Translations under genes and position numbers: made by a program
Shown: one piece after another, positions 1-14,171 of the stretch
Layout of the letters: every line of letters starts with the position of its first letter
How positions within the stretch are numbered: position 1 is the stretch's first letter
The notes under the pieces: generated by a model
Seen by the model: the letters and a program-made list of their open reading frames with translations, nothing else
Databases searched by the model: none
Told to the model about the DNA's origin: nothing
Assembly (NCBI GenBank): GCA_964016885.1
Contig: OZ024740.1
Coordinates: 195,920,001 to 195,984,000 of the forward strand
From: Eledone cirrhosa
Taxonomy: Eukaryota
DNA length: 64,000 bases
Direction of reading: 5' to 3'

Positions 1-519
1 GTATATCTAGGACTACATTATCCAATGAGGCTAGTCTTTATTTTTTTAATTTGGTAATGTCTGATTTTAGGGAATTGGCTGCTATTTAAAGCAGGTTGAG
101 CAACCATAAAGAGGTTCCATTGCTGGCTTGGAGCCTATCAAATTAGATATTTAGACTCTCTCAATCCTATTTTATGATGGAATGGTTAGCATTATGCAAG
201 GACTGAAAGGTGAGATAGGAATGAAATTTTATGAAAAATTTGGCCCAACAATTTATGGAAATAGAAATATCAAGATTTAGTTTTAGAACAAGACCAAGAA
301 AAAAAAATGTCAGTGGTTAATGTGTGTGTGTGGTGGGGGGCACCATTGGGATCACAGGCTATTGTGCAGCAATGACATCTTGTTGCAAAACACATTCATC
401 ATCTGGCTTCAATTCTTAAAACATTTTTCATTCAACTTGTTTGTTCAAGGCTCTTAGAAAATGCAGGAGTGTTATAACTCTCATTTGCAATGAGGTAATG
501 GTGGTGTCGCAATAAAATG

Positions 520-803
520 TACCCAGTCTACCCTCTAAGGTAGTAGTGCTGGTGCCACAAGAAAAAGTACTCAGTCTACCCTGTTAGATAATAGTAGAGA
601 AGTCACAATAAAATTCTCCCAGTAGACAGTGTAAAGTGGTTGGCATTAGGAAGGACATAAAGCCATAGAAACCAAACCAAAAATGGAATCTATGAGCAAG
701 ACATGATCAGCTGACTGGTTCAGTTCCAGAATATGACAACTTGCCTAACTCACACAGCCATGGAAAATAGACAGTAAACAGTGATAATGATAACAATGAT
801 GAT
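520..803 (+). mobile_element. Degenerate RTE-tailed SINE / non-autonomous element fragment
   Basis: Diverged tandem 'ggtgccac..aaaaagtac.cagt' units, then GGTTGGCATTAGGAAGG and a 'gccatggaaaatagacagtaaac..gataatgat' tail resembling the RTE 3' end seen elsewhere in the window. Confidence 0.5.
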
Positions 804-1467
804 AATATGTATCAAATTTAATACCAAATTCTTTGAGTCAATGCTCAGGTGGTAATATATAGATACATTTATATAGTAATAATGGAGCTTGAAAGAGGTT
901 TTCACCATATCTATTTTTCCTCTTATTCTTGTAGAAACATATGTAGGGTTAGCTATCTATCTATATATATTTCTGGCTTCAAGCCTATCTGGAGAATGCA
1001 ACGGAAAGTTACTCCTGTATATCATCTCCAGAGACACAATGACATCATAACAACTTATATTAGGAACTGGATATAAGAAAATAGAATGTGCATGTATGTG
1101 TGTGTCACAATTTTTTTTTATATTATATTTGTTCAATGTTTAACCTTTGCTATGTTTCCTGTGCTTTTCCTCTCAAGTATTGAGTGGAATTTTTTAAATT
1201 ATCTTCAGAGAAATGAATAAGAATTTCATATTGGTAACCTTATGATAACTATTTGTATGCTACTGGTAAGCATTTATGCTTTTGTTTCCAGGCCAATGCT
1301 TATTGACTGTAGTTTTTGTTCCAGTTCTCTTATTATATCTTCGTTTTTATATTGTGTGGTTGTAGGGATCCAGTCCTGGAGTGTTTTCTCTGTTTATCTG
1401 TAAAGAATTTAGCAATGCTAACATTATTTCTTCTGCTAGAATAGGTATTGCTACTTAAAGAGTTATT

Positions 1468-1760
1468 CATGCCTGTTCATGAAATTAACATGTAAGTGGC
1501 TGAGCATTCCACAGACACTTGTGATCTTAATGTAATTCTCAGGGAGATTCAGTGTGACATAGTGTAGGACAAGGTTGACCTTTTGAATTACAGATACAGA
1601 CTATCCAACTGGCTTCCAAACAGTTTCCATCTACCCAATTCCATTCACAAAGCATAGGTCAACTCAAGACTGTGTTAAAGGACACTTGCCTAAGATGGCA
1701 TGCAGTGTGATTGAACCCGGGACCTAGTCAAACTCCTCAACTATTCAGCCATGCTGCATC
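1468..1760 (-). mobile_element. tRNA-derived SINE, family B (degenerate)
   Basis: Minus strand reads tRNA-like head + 'cttaggcaagtgtcct...ggtagatggaaactg'. Related copies at 1778-1925, 12990-13145, 15690-15875, 16058-16400, 20925-21110, 30430-30575, 51765-51920. Confidence 0.65.
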
Positions 1761-1927
1761 CACTAATATAAACATAAGGTGTAGTGGTTAAGTAGTTTGT
1801 ATCACTGCCATGTGGTGCCTAGTTCAATCCTATTGAACAGTAGCTTCAAGAAATATCTTCTATTCTAACATTGGGTTGATCAGTGCCTTGTCAGTAAAAT
1901 TTAGTTGGTGGAAACTGAAAAAACCTG

Positions 1928-1974
<47 letters not shown>

Positions 1975-4157
1975 AACCCATGCCAGCATGGAAAAATGGA
2001 CACTAAACAATGATGATGATGATGATGATTGTGTGTGTATGTGTGCGCGTCCATCTTTGTGTTCATATTTACTGGTGTATTGAATTGCATCTTTGTATGT
2101 AATAACTGTGAGTTAGCAATATAATAAATATTGATTTGAAAGTAGTGTCCCAACTTGGTTGCATTCCAATAACTGTAGAAGAATATCAGAACACTAAAAA
2201 GGGAAAGTCAGGCTGACAAAACATGTTGCTTTACAGGGATTTTATTTGCTTTTCCTTCATTTGTTGCCATTATCTGATTAGGAATGTTGTGCAGTAAAAC
2301 AACATTAAAGTGTATTATTTCATTAATCAATAAGAACCAGTTGTCTAAAGATGAAAATATTTAAGGAATTCTTTTTATGGTATGTCGTTCTTAGACACCT
2401 TTAATTTGTCACTGATTTGCAATTTTCTTCTATCAAATTTCCCACAATAAGCAAAGGAATTGAATGACGATTATACATAAATCAAAAACAGCACCAAAAA
2501 GCAAATAAAATGAAAGAAAGACAAACAAACAAAAAACGATCCTTTTAAATATGAAACTGAAATGTGGAAATGATATTTAAAAAAATAAGGATTAGAAAAC
2601 ATGGGTCTTAATTTGAAACTGCTTCTAATAATTGAAGTCATAGTACAGGGTTTTAATCTTTGTAACAATAACTGTTCATTAATGATACTTTTCATATTAA
2701 AAGCTGCTGATTTTCAATTCTTCATAGGGAATAAAAGACTTTGACTTGTGACAACAAATTTCACTGAAATGAAGGGTGAGGGTATCTCTCTGAATAAATC
2801 TCATCAATAGTATTCATCCCCCACCTTTTTATTTATCATCTGATCCCTTCCTGCCTTCTTAGCTTAGTTTTTCCATCACTCTTTCTTCTGTTTAAAACAT
2901 TTATCACCCCTCCACAAACACACTGCCATCAGATTTGAAACTGAGTTAGAATTCCCTTACTTCTTCCACATTTCATTGTCATTTATTTTTTATAGATCCT
3001 TTAGCAGTTCTATATAGCAGCACTGCATCTTACTGCATGACTTGTAGGAATCTGCAGTCTCCTGTGGCAGACACCGCAAACTATTCAAATCAAGTTATGT
3101 AAAACTTGCATGACCTTTATGCAACCTGCTCCTTGCGAACACTTGGTGCATATTTTTCTTTAGGATAAGATTATAAAATGAAACTCCTTTGTTAAACACA
3201 CATATATATTAATAGTTTCTTTTCTTCAAGATATAATGCCAGTATAAAAAGCCTTTGGATTCTGTTGTCATGATTATCATCATTTATTTGAAAGGTTTTC
3301 ATAATTATGTAAAATTTCTAGACATGCACTAAGCTGTAAATAAAAAATAAATAAAATAAATAAATTTCTTCTTAAAAGTGATTAGTTTGTATCATTATTA
3401 TTGATTAAATAAATAAATAAGTTAATAAATAATGAATAAATAATAAACAAATAAAATAATAAATAAAGAAAGAAACCATTATTATTGTTGTTATTATTTT
3501 TCTTACTGTTATTGGTGGTAGTAGTAGTACAACCACCATCACCACCTTTACTGATATGATCCAGAAGATTAATCCTTCTTAGTGTTCTTACTTTAACATA
3601 ACTCAGCCTCTTCGTGTGAAGTCAGGGATATTTGTTTAGTTTATTTCTTTTTCTAAGGAAATATAAAGAAGACTGAGAGATGTCAGCTGCTTCAACTAAC
3701 CGATATAGTGTGTAGGTTGTATTTATTATACACAGTAGGATAACTGCATTTCCTTTTTGCTCTATGTAGAAAGAAAGGAAGAAGGAAAGAATAAATAATT
3801 TTACAGGCTCAATTATGAATGTGTTATGAAAGTATGTCAGATGAACGATAACTACACAGGTATTAAACCCGAGTGGGTATTTTCTCTACCGAATCAATTT
3901 AACAGTTTGTTAACAGCAATTTTTGTTTCATTGTCAATCCACCTTAGCAAATCATCAAGATAATGGTATATGATGAGGGTTTCAGATGGCATTCTTTGGC
4001 AGGCTTCATCGTCATCTTTTTCTTCTTACGAGGTAAAAGTACTTCACAGCCTGAAGACCTATGGGAATAGCACCATCACCAGAACTATTTATATCCTTCC
4101 ACCTTAAAGCCATAGAGTTTTATGCCTTTGTAAGAAACAATTATTATTACTGTAATA

Positions 4158-4830
4158 TGGATTGGCAGTTTCAGTAGAGCATTGGACAACATACTTTGTG
4201 GAATATATCTATGTCCCCTTACATTCTGAGTTTAAATCCTGCTACGGTTAGCTTTGCCTTTCATCCTAACATAGTCAATAAAATAAAGTACCTGAAACAC
4301 ACTTGGATCGATTTAATCAACTTTCTCCTCCTCCCAAATTGTTGGCCTTGTGCCTAAGTCCGAAACCATTATTATTGTAATCACTAAAAGCGTAGTAACT
4401 AGTAAAGCAGTCAATTGGTAGTGACATTAGAACATTGAATTAAATGCTTTGTACTGGTAGTTGTTCCAGCTCTCTGTGCTCTGAGTTCAAATCCCACTAA
4501 GGTCAACTTTGCTATTTATCCTTTTGGGGTTGATAAATGAAGTATCAGTGGAGGGCAGTGGATTGATGGAATTCTTAGAACCTCTGACAGGAAGCCTTGC
4601 AGTAGCTGTTCCAGTCCTGTGTGTTCTGAGTTCAAATCCTGTCTCTTATCACTAGAAAAAGGATGACATTATTGGTCTTATAGTATCTTGTAGCATCTTA
4701 GTGTATCTCTGTACATTCTAAATTCAAACCCCACCTTAGTTAACTTTGGCTTTCATACTTCTGGAATTAATATAATTGAGTAGCCTCCTCTCTATAAATG
4801 TGTAGCTTTCTGCCTGTGTTAGAAGTGGTT
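4158..4830 (+). mobile_element. Tandem cluster of degenerate family-A tRNA-derived SINEs
   Basis: Repeated 'ctgagttcaaatcc...tttgcctttcatcct...aataaagtac...ggccttgtgcctaa..gaaaccattatta'. Confidence 0.7.
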
Positions 4831-5816
4831 GGCAGAATTAATAGAACATCAGTTGATATACCTGCCTGTGGTTGACAGAATTGATAGAGCATCAGTTGAT
4901 ATACTTTGTAGCATTTTATTCTGTTTCTTGATATTTTCAGTTCAAATCATGCTTCTTGGATGTATAAATAGGTACCAAACAAGCCGTCGGTATATTAAAT
5001 TTAGTAACTTTGTGCCTAAAAGAGAAATCGTTATTATTTTTAAATATTAGAAATAATTGTTATAATCACCAAAGCATAAGTGTAACGTGTATATTTTATT
5101 CATTTATTTAATCAATTTAAACGTCTGTATAGAGCTAGTAAGCCATGACAATTTATGGGAAGTATCTAGTACTTTTTACAGTTGAGAAAAAAAAAGCAAG
5201 ATAGACAGAAATAGGTGAATATAAAAATAAATAAAAATAGAATGAAAAAATTTGAGATAGGAGGAAGAATAAGCATTAAAGAAAAGAAAAAAAGGTAAAA
5301 AATGAAAAACAAGGGAAGCTGTAAAGCAGCTAGAAGTTTCTGTTGTTAAATCTTTTTGTAACCTCCAATGTACAAGATTTTGTTTATAGTTGGTAGATCT
5401 TTTACAATATGCTATATCTCTAATCTTGGTAGGTTTTTAATGATCAGCTCCAAGATGTCTTCTCTCAGACTGGTAGTTTTTACATTGGAATAAACAGTGC
5501 CACATAGGTTCTCGGAAGTCACAGCAAGAACAGCGTATACTGCTAATTGCTTCTCAGATAAGATGTAAGATAATTATTAATGAAGTTTCTGAGAGGCTGT
5601 TAGTTTCTCTTTTGCTTGATAAGTCCAAGGCTTATTAATCTCTTAAACTATCCATTGTGATTTGAACTATGTGAACTAATTATAGAAAAATGGCCTTGAC
5701 CTGATTTAAAAAATGAACATATAAAAATAAATGGTCAGTTCATTTTAATCTAAAGTTAGGGATGTCCAGTTAAAATAAGTTGCAGAATAAAAATACAGTT
5801 GTTATATATTTCTTTA

Positions 5817-6075
5817 TCATCATCATCATTGTTTTTACATCCATTTTGCATGCATGCATGGGTGGGACAGGTTCTTTTCAGCACAGCATATCTCCACTCA
5901 TCGCATTCCTTTGTCATCGCCTCTGTGAGTTTCAGCGATTTGAGATCAGCTTTCGCCACCTCTGCCCAGGTCTTCCTTGGTCTACTTCCACTGTGACTTC
6001 CTGGCACTTCTTCACCCAGCAATCATCATCCATGTGCATCACATGTCTGTACCACCACTTCAGATTCCTCTTAAA
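5817..6075 (-). mobile_element. RTE LINE 3' fragment (family 1-like)
   Basis: Translates WYRHVMHMDDDCWVKKCQ and RPRKTWAEVAKADLKSLKLT, similar to the C-terminus of the 59501-62563 ORF; ends in an (ATG)n tail. Confidence 0.85.
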
Positions 6076-8521
6076 TCCAGTATCTTTATTATTAAAAACA
6101 GCAATAAAGAAAGCCACGTTAATAATAATAGTAATTTCTTTATTAACCACAAAGGGTTCACATGAAGAAAACTTTATGGATGGTACAGGACAATACAATG
6201 TGGGCTTTTTTCATGTAAAAAAAGTATTTCACAAAACAAAGAAATTCAAACAAAAGAATGTTCCCAAATAGGGGTGGGACATCGTGACTACTAGGGCAAG
6301 TGCCCTCTCCTAGTTATCCTACTCCAATTTACAAGCACATACTCAGAGCAAGCCCATTCACTTGAGCCATGCTTACCACTCTCATCTACCTTTCAATAAG
6401 TTGGTTGGAAGGCAGCACTTCCTTCTCCACCCTAATTTTCCCCTTCATGTGAAACTCAACAAAGTTAATCCTGCCTTTATTGATCACAAGGACCCAAGGG
6501 TTACAAAATGCGGGTGTGTACACACATACATAAATTTAGTTGGGGCGAGAAATGCAATTAAACAGATTAAAAAATTAGATAATAAAGGGGAATCCACCTG
6601 CATAGGGATAAGACAGCACTTAATTAGGATCAAGGCTCTCTACAACTCTGACAATCTTCTCTAATCACTTTCTACAAAGTAAGTCTTCTGATACTTCTTG
6701 TGAGTATCTTCAATCTTTGCTGAGCAAGCAAAGTCTCTATCACATCCTCCAGCTGGTGTTCTTTTATCTGTTGATGTGGTTCTTTCAACCATCTTTCATA
6801 TTTAGATTGGATGTACTCATTCCTTATCTCCTCTTCAACCATTATAATATTTCTCTTAGTTTCTCCAATAGATTCATTAGTTTTTGGCTTTTATTTTGGA
6901 CTACCAAAATGTTCTCTTTTTGTGGGGGACGTCCAGTATCATACTTACTTTCATTATGGGGTTTATTTACTTCTTTGTCCCTTTTGTTCTTCTCTTGCTG
7001 TCTCTGATAGATTCCGGATTCCTGTCATCCTCCACTCCCACCCACCCCTATTACTGCAATTTGATGGGATCAACGCACTACTTGACAGTTCTGGCTGGCT
7101 CTTTGCTGGAGAATGAAGAGGAAGCCCCTCATTTGTTTGGTTCCAGTGATGCAGGAACTGAAGATGAAGCAGTTCCATATGTTTCTGCTTTAGCTAATCC
7201 TTGGAATTTTGACCAGCAATAGCAGCAGCAGCCCTGATCATTTGCTGCTATCTACCTCCACCATTTACTCTATTTTACTTTTCCTTATCTAGGCAATAGT
7301 TCCTTGAGTGGTCCAGGCTCCCACATGTGTAACAAGTGGTAGTTTGGCCCTGATTGACCTCCTGTCTTTCCTCACTAAGTTGTATAACTTGTGCTATTCA
7401 GTGGTTGTCTAATACATACCCCACTCAAGCACGTTGTTGCAAGTCACCTCCACCCTCATGATCTGTCTGTATTGTTCAGCAACGTTGAATATGTCAGTGG
7501 ATGTATAGTTGACCAAAAAGCTGATTAAATGTAACTTTGGTTTTATTATATTTAATTCTGTTCATCTTACATATAATTAACATATATCACTCTATACTAT
7601 TCTAGTACAATAGTATCTTGGACACTTCTATGTTTTTGTACTACAAAATAAGGCATATATATATATATGGCATTAGAGGTGTTGGTGTGTGTGTGTATAT
7701 ATATATATCATCATCGTTGTTTAACGTCCATTTTTCCACGCTCGTATATATATATACACACTTATATATGTATATACACACTTATACCCCCCTCTCTCTC
7801 TCTTCTGTACTAAAATCAAACACCAATCTATTAATGCTCATTCATAAATTATTACTCACAAAGCTTTGTACTCAGAATTGGATATTATAGTATGACACCT
7901 TTTAAACCAGAAAAAGCTATTTTCTCTCTGTTTTGTTTGAAATAACATTAGTGTTCTGGGATTTGATTTTGTTTTTTTTTTATATGGTATAGATGGTATA
8001 GAACATCAAACATTTTTGATGAAGACAAAAGTAGAATTCTTTTTTATCTTGAGAGAATTAAACATCAAACTGCAGAATTTACTTGGTTGGTTTTTAAACT
8101 TTTATTTACAATGGTTAAATGATGTGGGTCTGTTGCTTAGCCGCAGTTTAGCCCCCATGGAATATATCCATAATGTTGGTGGGTCTTTAGGGAGGATCAG
8201 TGATCATGGCCTTCATAGGGGGCTCAAAGACCAACGAGATAAATGCCATTGATGTTGTTTTAATTATTATGGGAAAGGAAGTGTCAGGAATTTAATTAAT
8301 ACTTTTTCTTCAGTGACAATTTATATTGAGTTCAAGTATTGGGTGAGAGATTCATATCTGAAGATATGTGGATTTGCATTGAACAAAGCCCTAAATGAGC
8401 CAATTTATTTTATAGGCAACTAGAATGGTAATGGAATGACTTTGTAGTAAGGCATTGGAATGTATGAAAATGGTGAAGTAATTTAGGGGTTTATGGAATG
8501 GAAAAACTTTGAATTCTATAA

Positions 8522-9360
8522 TAATTATTTCTGATTTAGGTAAAAGGCCAACATTTTTTTTTTTTTTTTTTTTTAGTGGGTCAATTAGATCAACCCCAGT
8601 GCAATACCGGTACTTTATTTTATTGACTGTGGAAAGATGAAAGGCAAAGCTAACCTCAGCAGGTTTGGAACCCTGAATTTAAAGAGTCTGACGCTCTACC
8701 AATACTACTAAGCCACCTAATTATGGTTTCTAATTTAGCCAGCAATTTGGGGAGAGGGGAACAGTCAATTGTATTGATCCTAGCACTTGACTGGTTCTTT
8801 ATTTTATCAACCTCAGAAGGATGAAAGGTGAAGTTGACCTTGGTTGGATTTGAACTCGGAATGTAAAGAGCAGGCACAAATACCACTAAAAATGTTGTCC
8901 CAATCTCGTGATTTTGTCAATCTACCAACCTCTATAATAGCGGTTTCTGATTTAGGCACAAAACCAACAATTTTTTGGGGGAAGGGAAAGTCAATTAAAT
9001 CGACTCCAGAGTGTTACTGGTACTTTATTTTATCAACCCTGTAAGGATGAAAGGCAAAGCTAACCTCAGCAGTATTTAAAATCAGAACATAAAGGGATGT
9101 AACTCAATGTCGCAAAACATGGTGTTCGATGCTCTACCAATACTGCCAATCCACTTTCTATAATGATAATAATTTGTTCTAAAGTAGGCAGAAGTCTAAC
9201 AGTTTGAGGAGAGGTGAAATTAATTAAATCAACCCAGTACTTGACTGGTACTTTATTTTATCAACTCCAAAAGGTCGAAAGGTGAAGTTGACTTCAACAG
9301 AGTTTGAACTCAGAACTTAATGAACCAGAAGAAATACTGCAAAGTAATTTGTCCAACACA
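8522..9360 (-). mobile_element. Four tandem family-A SINEs
   Basis: Repeated 'ggtactttattttatcaacc..aaggatgaaaggcaaag.taacctc...tttgaactc' (reverse complement of SINE core and B box). Confidence 0.75.
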
Positions 9361-9821
9361 GTCAAATATTTTTATGAAAGGGTATAGTTAATTTATTGAC
9401 CCTGTTTGTCTCCCTTGCCTTTCTTTACCAGAATTAATAAAGCTAATGATTCTTTTTATCATTACCTGTGTAATTACTCAACATTTCCTGTCTCATTACA
9501 TTAAATATGTTAGCATCGACCTTAACATTTGGTTTTTATGTTGAACGTGTCTCTCGATATTTTCCCCTACCCTTCTAATATTTCATTGTAAATTATTTAG
9601 ATATCCATGGCAACAGTGAGAAAACTATTTTGTCTTGTCCCAAATTCTCATTACTTTCTTCCTTTCTTAATTTTCCATTCTGACACATCCTTTCTCCTTC
9701 AATTTCGTCTATCATTTCAATCTGCTTCCCTTCCAATGCTTCTTTGCAAACAGCTTATTTGCTATTTTCCTAGCAGAGTTGGCACACACTCTTTCTTTTA
9801 CACTCACACACATAAACTCTT

Positions 9822-9859
<38 letters not shown>

Positions 9860-11199
9860 TCTCACACACAAACTCTTTCTGTTACATACACACACACACA
9901 CAAACTCTTTCTCTTATACATACACACATGTGTACATGTGTAATTATTTCTGTTTCCTTCACCTTGTTATTGACTCAGCTATTCTGCTATGCACTCCACT
10001 AAATCCCATCTTCTCTCTCTCTCTCTCTCTCCCCTTCTCTCCCCCTCTTTCTCTTGTAGTTTCTTCTTAACTGATAAATTTCCTTGTTTCTTTTGGTGTC
10101 TTTTATATAGCCCTATTTCCATTATCATTCTCTATTGCTTCACTATCCTTTCATCACCTTTCCCAAGCTTGTTTCTCTTCACTTCAGAAGCACATAAACC
10201 CCTCCTTCCCCTCCCCTCCCCTCTCTCTCTCTTCCTTCTTGTTCTTGGTGCTCTAATGTATACTCATCTACTTATCCTGCATTCTTTCCTCCTCTAAATT
10301 TCCTGCTTTAAGCATTCAATTAAAGACATATATGAATGAATATACAAGTGTTATTGTTATCATTATTATTAATAGTGTGTGTAATATGTTTGGGGATGTG
10401 CTTACTAAAGTCTGTTATCTTTACCTTCTCTCTTTCAGTCCCCTTCATTCTTCAGTGGTATTAATTGAACAATGCCAAACTGTTGTGCCAATTGCTAATT
10501 ATAACCATTGCTTTTTATTCTTTCCTGGCCATGTTTAAAATTGTTTCTCACTAAACCTCCCTTACTTATCAGCTAGTACTTAGTAGGTACATACACTACT
10601 ACTAAAGTAAAAAAAGCATTCCTTACTTCTCCTACACACCACTTTCTTGATTTATTTTGAAGCAGTCACAATGAGATGGCATTTCTTTGTTTAAATATAT
10701 TGTATATCTATCCAAGGCTTCCATTGTCTCATGAGATCATGGATCTGTCTCTGGAATGTTCCTCTCCTAAGTATAGACCTGGACAATTTTTTTTTTAAAA
10801 ATAAAATACCAGTAGTTACCTATACATACAGGTTACTCATCTGCATGTCACTGATGTTGTCTAAGGAAAAGTGGGAAAAAATAAAGGCCAATACAGGTTA
10901 GCACCAATGTCATGGCATGCTATCAGAACACCAACAGCCAGAATAGATACCACAAAGCCTCCTATTTAATGCTCTATTTCATCAAGTACACCTCTCCCAA
11001 AAGAAAAAAGTCGTAAGGAAATTTTATATAGTTCGTTGTTGCGAATTCTTCTTTACCTTATTTGATTCCTCCCTTATCTTTAGTTACATAGTGTTAGAAC
11101 TTCATTTCCATTTTTAGAATTCTTACACTTTTAAGCTAAAGGCTCTAGTTTCACATTTCTTAAGTTGTGTATATATAAACCAAATTTCTTCAGTTTGTG

Positions 11200-12096
11200 A
11201 TATGCTGGACTAAAATATCTTCGTTCTGTATTCAAATCCCAACTGGAGTGATTTTACTTTTACCACCCCATCCATCCCCCAGGGTCAATAACTGAAAAAG
11301 TACCAGTCAGTTAGTGAAAGCTTGATGCCAAGTGATTAATTATAGCCCTCTATGTTCTGAGTCCAAATCTCACCATGGTTAAATTTGTCTTTCATCCTTT
11401 CAGGGTCAATAAAATAAAGAACCAGTCAAATACTGGGGTTGATTTCATCAGTTACCCATTCTCCTCCACCAAAGAAAAAATAATTCTGGATTTGCAGTTA
11501 TGTTAGAAACATTATTATAACCATCATTAGGGCGGTGAATTGGCAGTATCGGTAGAGGGTCGGACGCCATGCTTTGACGCATAGAGTTACGGACCTTGCC
11601 ATTCTGAGTTCAAATCTCGTCGAGGTTAACTTTGCCTTTCATCCTACGGGGGTTGATAAAATAAAGTACCAGTAATACACTGAGATAATTGCTGGCCTTG
11701 TGCCTATTGTAGAAACAATTATTATAACCATCATTATTATTTTGTTGTCGGTAGTGGATTGGCAGTATCGGTAGAGCGTCAGAGAACATGTTTTTGCAGC
11801 ATAGAGTTACGACCCTTTACGTTCTGAGTTCAAATCCCGCTGAGGTTAGCTTTACCTTTCATCATTATGGGGTTGATAAAATAAAGTACTAGTAATGCAC
11901 TGGGGTTGATCTAATCAACTTTCCCCTCTGCCTTGTGCCTAAAAAAAATTGCTGGCTTTGTGCCTAAATCAAAAACCATTATTTCAAATCCCGCCGAAGT
12001 TGACTTTGCCTTTCATCCTTACGGGGTCGATGAAATAAAGTACCAGTAACGCACTGGGTAATTGCTGGCCTTGTGCCTAAAGTAGAAACAATTATT
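11200..12096 (+). mobile_element. Tandem family-A SINE array (about 5 copies; 11530-11717 well preserved)
   Basis: A-box-like TGGCAGTATCGG, B box GAGTTCAAATC, core GCCTTTCATCCT..GGGGT.GATAAAATAAAGTACCAG, tail GAAACAATTATTA; 19-bp TSD at 11511-11529 / 11718-11736. Confidence 0.85.
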
Positions 12097-13160
12097 TAGA
12101 GGAGGAGGAAAGGGAATGATACCTATGGTCTTTGTACCCCATCTCCACAGACTGGTTAGAGTGAAATGGTTGATGGTCAGTTTGATTTTTTTTTTTTTTT
12201 TTGTATTTTAAGTCTTACTACCCTGAACCACAAGAAACTGTGTTAGCAAGCCATTCTTGAAAAGTACAGAACATTATAACTACATCACATTAAAAATTAA
12301 AGTCTTTAACTATAATTACTGCAAATTTTCACAACAATCTGTCCACTAGTAAAGGTACTGTAAATATTTGAATTAAACCTGGTTTTAGATATTTTATGTT
12401 AAGAATTAATGCCAACAAAGAGAAAACCTGCTCAGAGATAGAATTCCAAAGGTTCTGGGGAGGAATGATTCATTAAGAAAAAATATGTTTTGTCTAATTT
12501 AGGATGGAGTTCCAGAGGTTTTCTGGGAGGAATGATTGGTTGGTGGGGGGAGTGTTTGTGATAGAGTTTTAGGGAGAGATAATTGATTAGGAAAAACAGT
12601 TTTTCATTTAGTTTGGGTGGTTTAGAAGTATGAAGGAAAAGGTGACACGGTAGAGACAAGGAAAGAAAAATAAGAGGCAGGTATATTGGATATGCTGGGG
12701 GGGGGGGGGGGGTTACAGTCTGCTAGTTTAGGGGGTGCACCGATGTTAAATTCTCTCAGGGTTGACTTTGTTTTTCCATCTTTCCTGAGTCAATAAAATA
12801 AGTACCTGTAATACACTGGCTCAGTTCAATTGATTATTTCTTGTACTGCAAATCTGAGCCCATCTTGGAATTTAAGAAATCATCATAACAGAATTGGCAG
12901 AGCAATGGAAAAAGTACTTTATAGTATATTGTCCAGTCCTTTTACATTCTGAATTGAAATACAAGTATGATACAATTACAATCCTTCTGATGGGCTTCTG
13001 TATAGTTTCTGTCTGTGTAATTTTGCTCACTGGACTTGGATCGATTTAAGGCTGTGGTAATAGACACTTGTTCAATATGTTATGCAATAAGATTGAACCC
13101 ATGACCTCATGATTGAAAACAAACTTCTTCACCATTCAGCCATACTGTGTTCATTTAAAG

Positions 13161-13446
13161 CAGGAGTTTTCAAACTGTTTCCCCCCCCCCCCCCCTCAGT
13201 GCCCCCAGCCCTATTTACAGAGAGACCTGCCTACATGCAAATTGTAAATAATATATAAATAAAATCGTTAATTTATATATAATAAATAATATAATATATA
13301 CTATATAAATAAGTATTATATATTTTTGATTTTACTGTATATATATAAGTATCATTTGATAATTATATTATTATATCATTGCTACCCCACCGCCCCCTTA
13401 GGTCCCATCACCCGGGAGGGGGTAGCGCCCACTTTGAGAACCCCTG
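13161..13446. mobile_element. hAT (Charlie-type) MITE
   Basis: Termini CAGGAGTTTTCAAA / TTTGAGAACCCCTG (12/14 inverted match) with a perfect 8-bp TSD ATTTAAAG at 13153-13160 and 13447-13454. Confidence 0.85.
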
Positions 13447-13482
13447 ATTTAAAGTTAGTACACACACACAGAGTTATAAATT

Positions 13483-13668
13483 AATTGTTTCTACTTTTGG
13501 CACAAGGCCAGCAATTACCCAGTACATTACTGGTACTTTATTTTATCGACCCCGTAAGGATGAAAAGCAAAGTAAATCTCGGCGGGATTTGAACTCAGAC
13601 CTTAAAGGACCGTAACTCTTTGCTGCAAAACATGGCGTCCGACCTTCTACCAATACTGCCAATCCACT
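13483..13668 (-). mobile_element. Family-A SINE
   Basis: Full reverse-complement copy flanked by TAAATTAAT on both sides. Confidence 0.85.
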
Positions 13669-14171
13669 TTCTAAATTAATATAAATACATATACATCGGT
13701 ATTTTTGTTTAATATGTTTACTTAGGTGTTCTTTAATATTCTTGACTCAAACACTATGCTTCGATTGTTTATCCATGACAAACACCATCATTTTAGCAGC
13801 TGTTCTCCCACATACTCCCACATACAAGCATGAAGTAGTATATAAAGGATGAGTTGATGATAGAACTGTCTACCTATTTCTGCAGCTTAGATACAACATC
13901 TGTTAATGATATTCTCTACCTATCCTATTTCTCCTGTCTGTCTTTTTTACTATCTTTTTCTATCCAATACTCTTTCATTATGGTCAGTCAGACATTTAAA
14001 TTTATTCCTAAACAGCTGCATGGAATATCAAATCATTACATCATTGTTGTCACCACCACCACCACCACCTTTTACATCTGTGCTGTCATCTGTTGTACAT
14101 ACTGCACACTAATACTACTACTGCTACTATCACTTCCAGTATTTCTTATACATTCATATACATACATCATT

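Noticed and set aside
6280-7500. GC-richer block with several short ORFs, possibly an old retroelement
   Set aside because: No gag, pol or transposase motif recognisable in any frame
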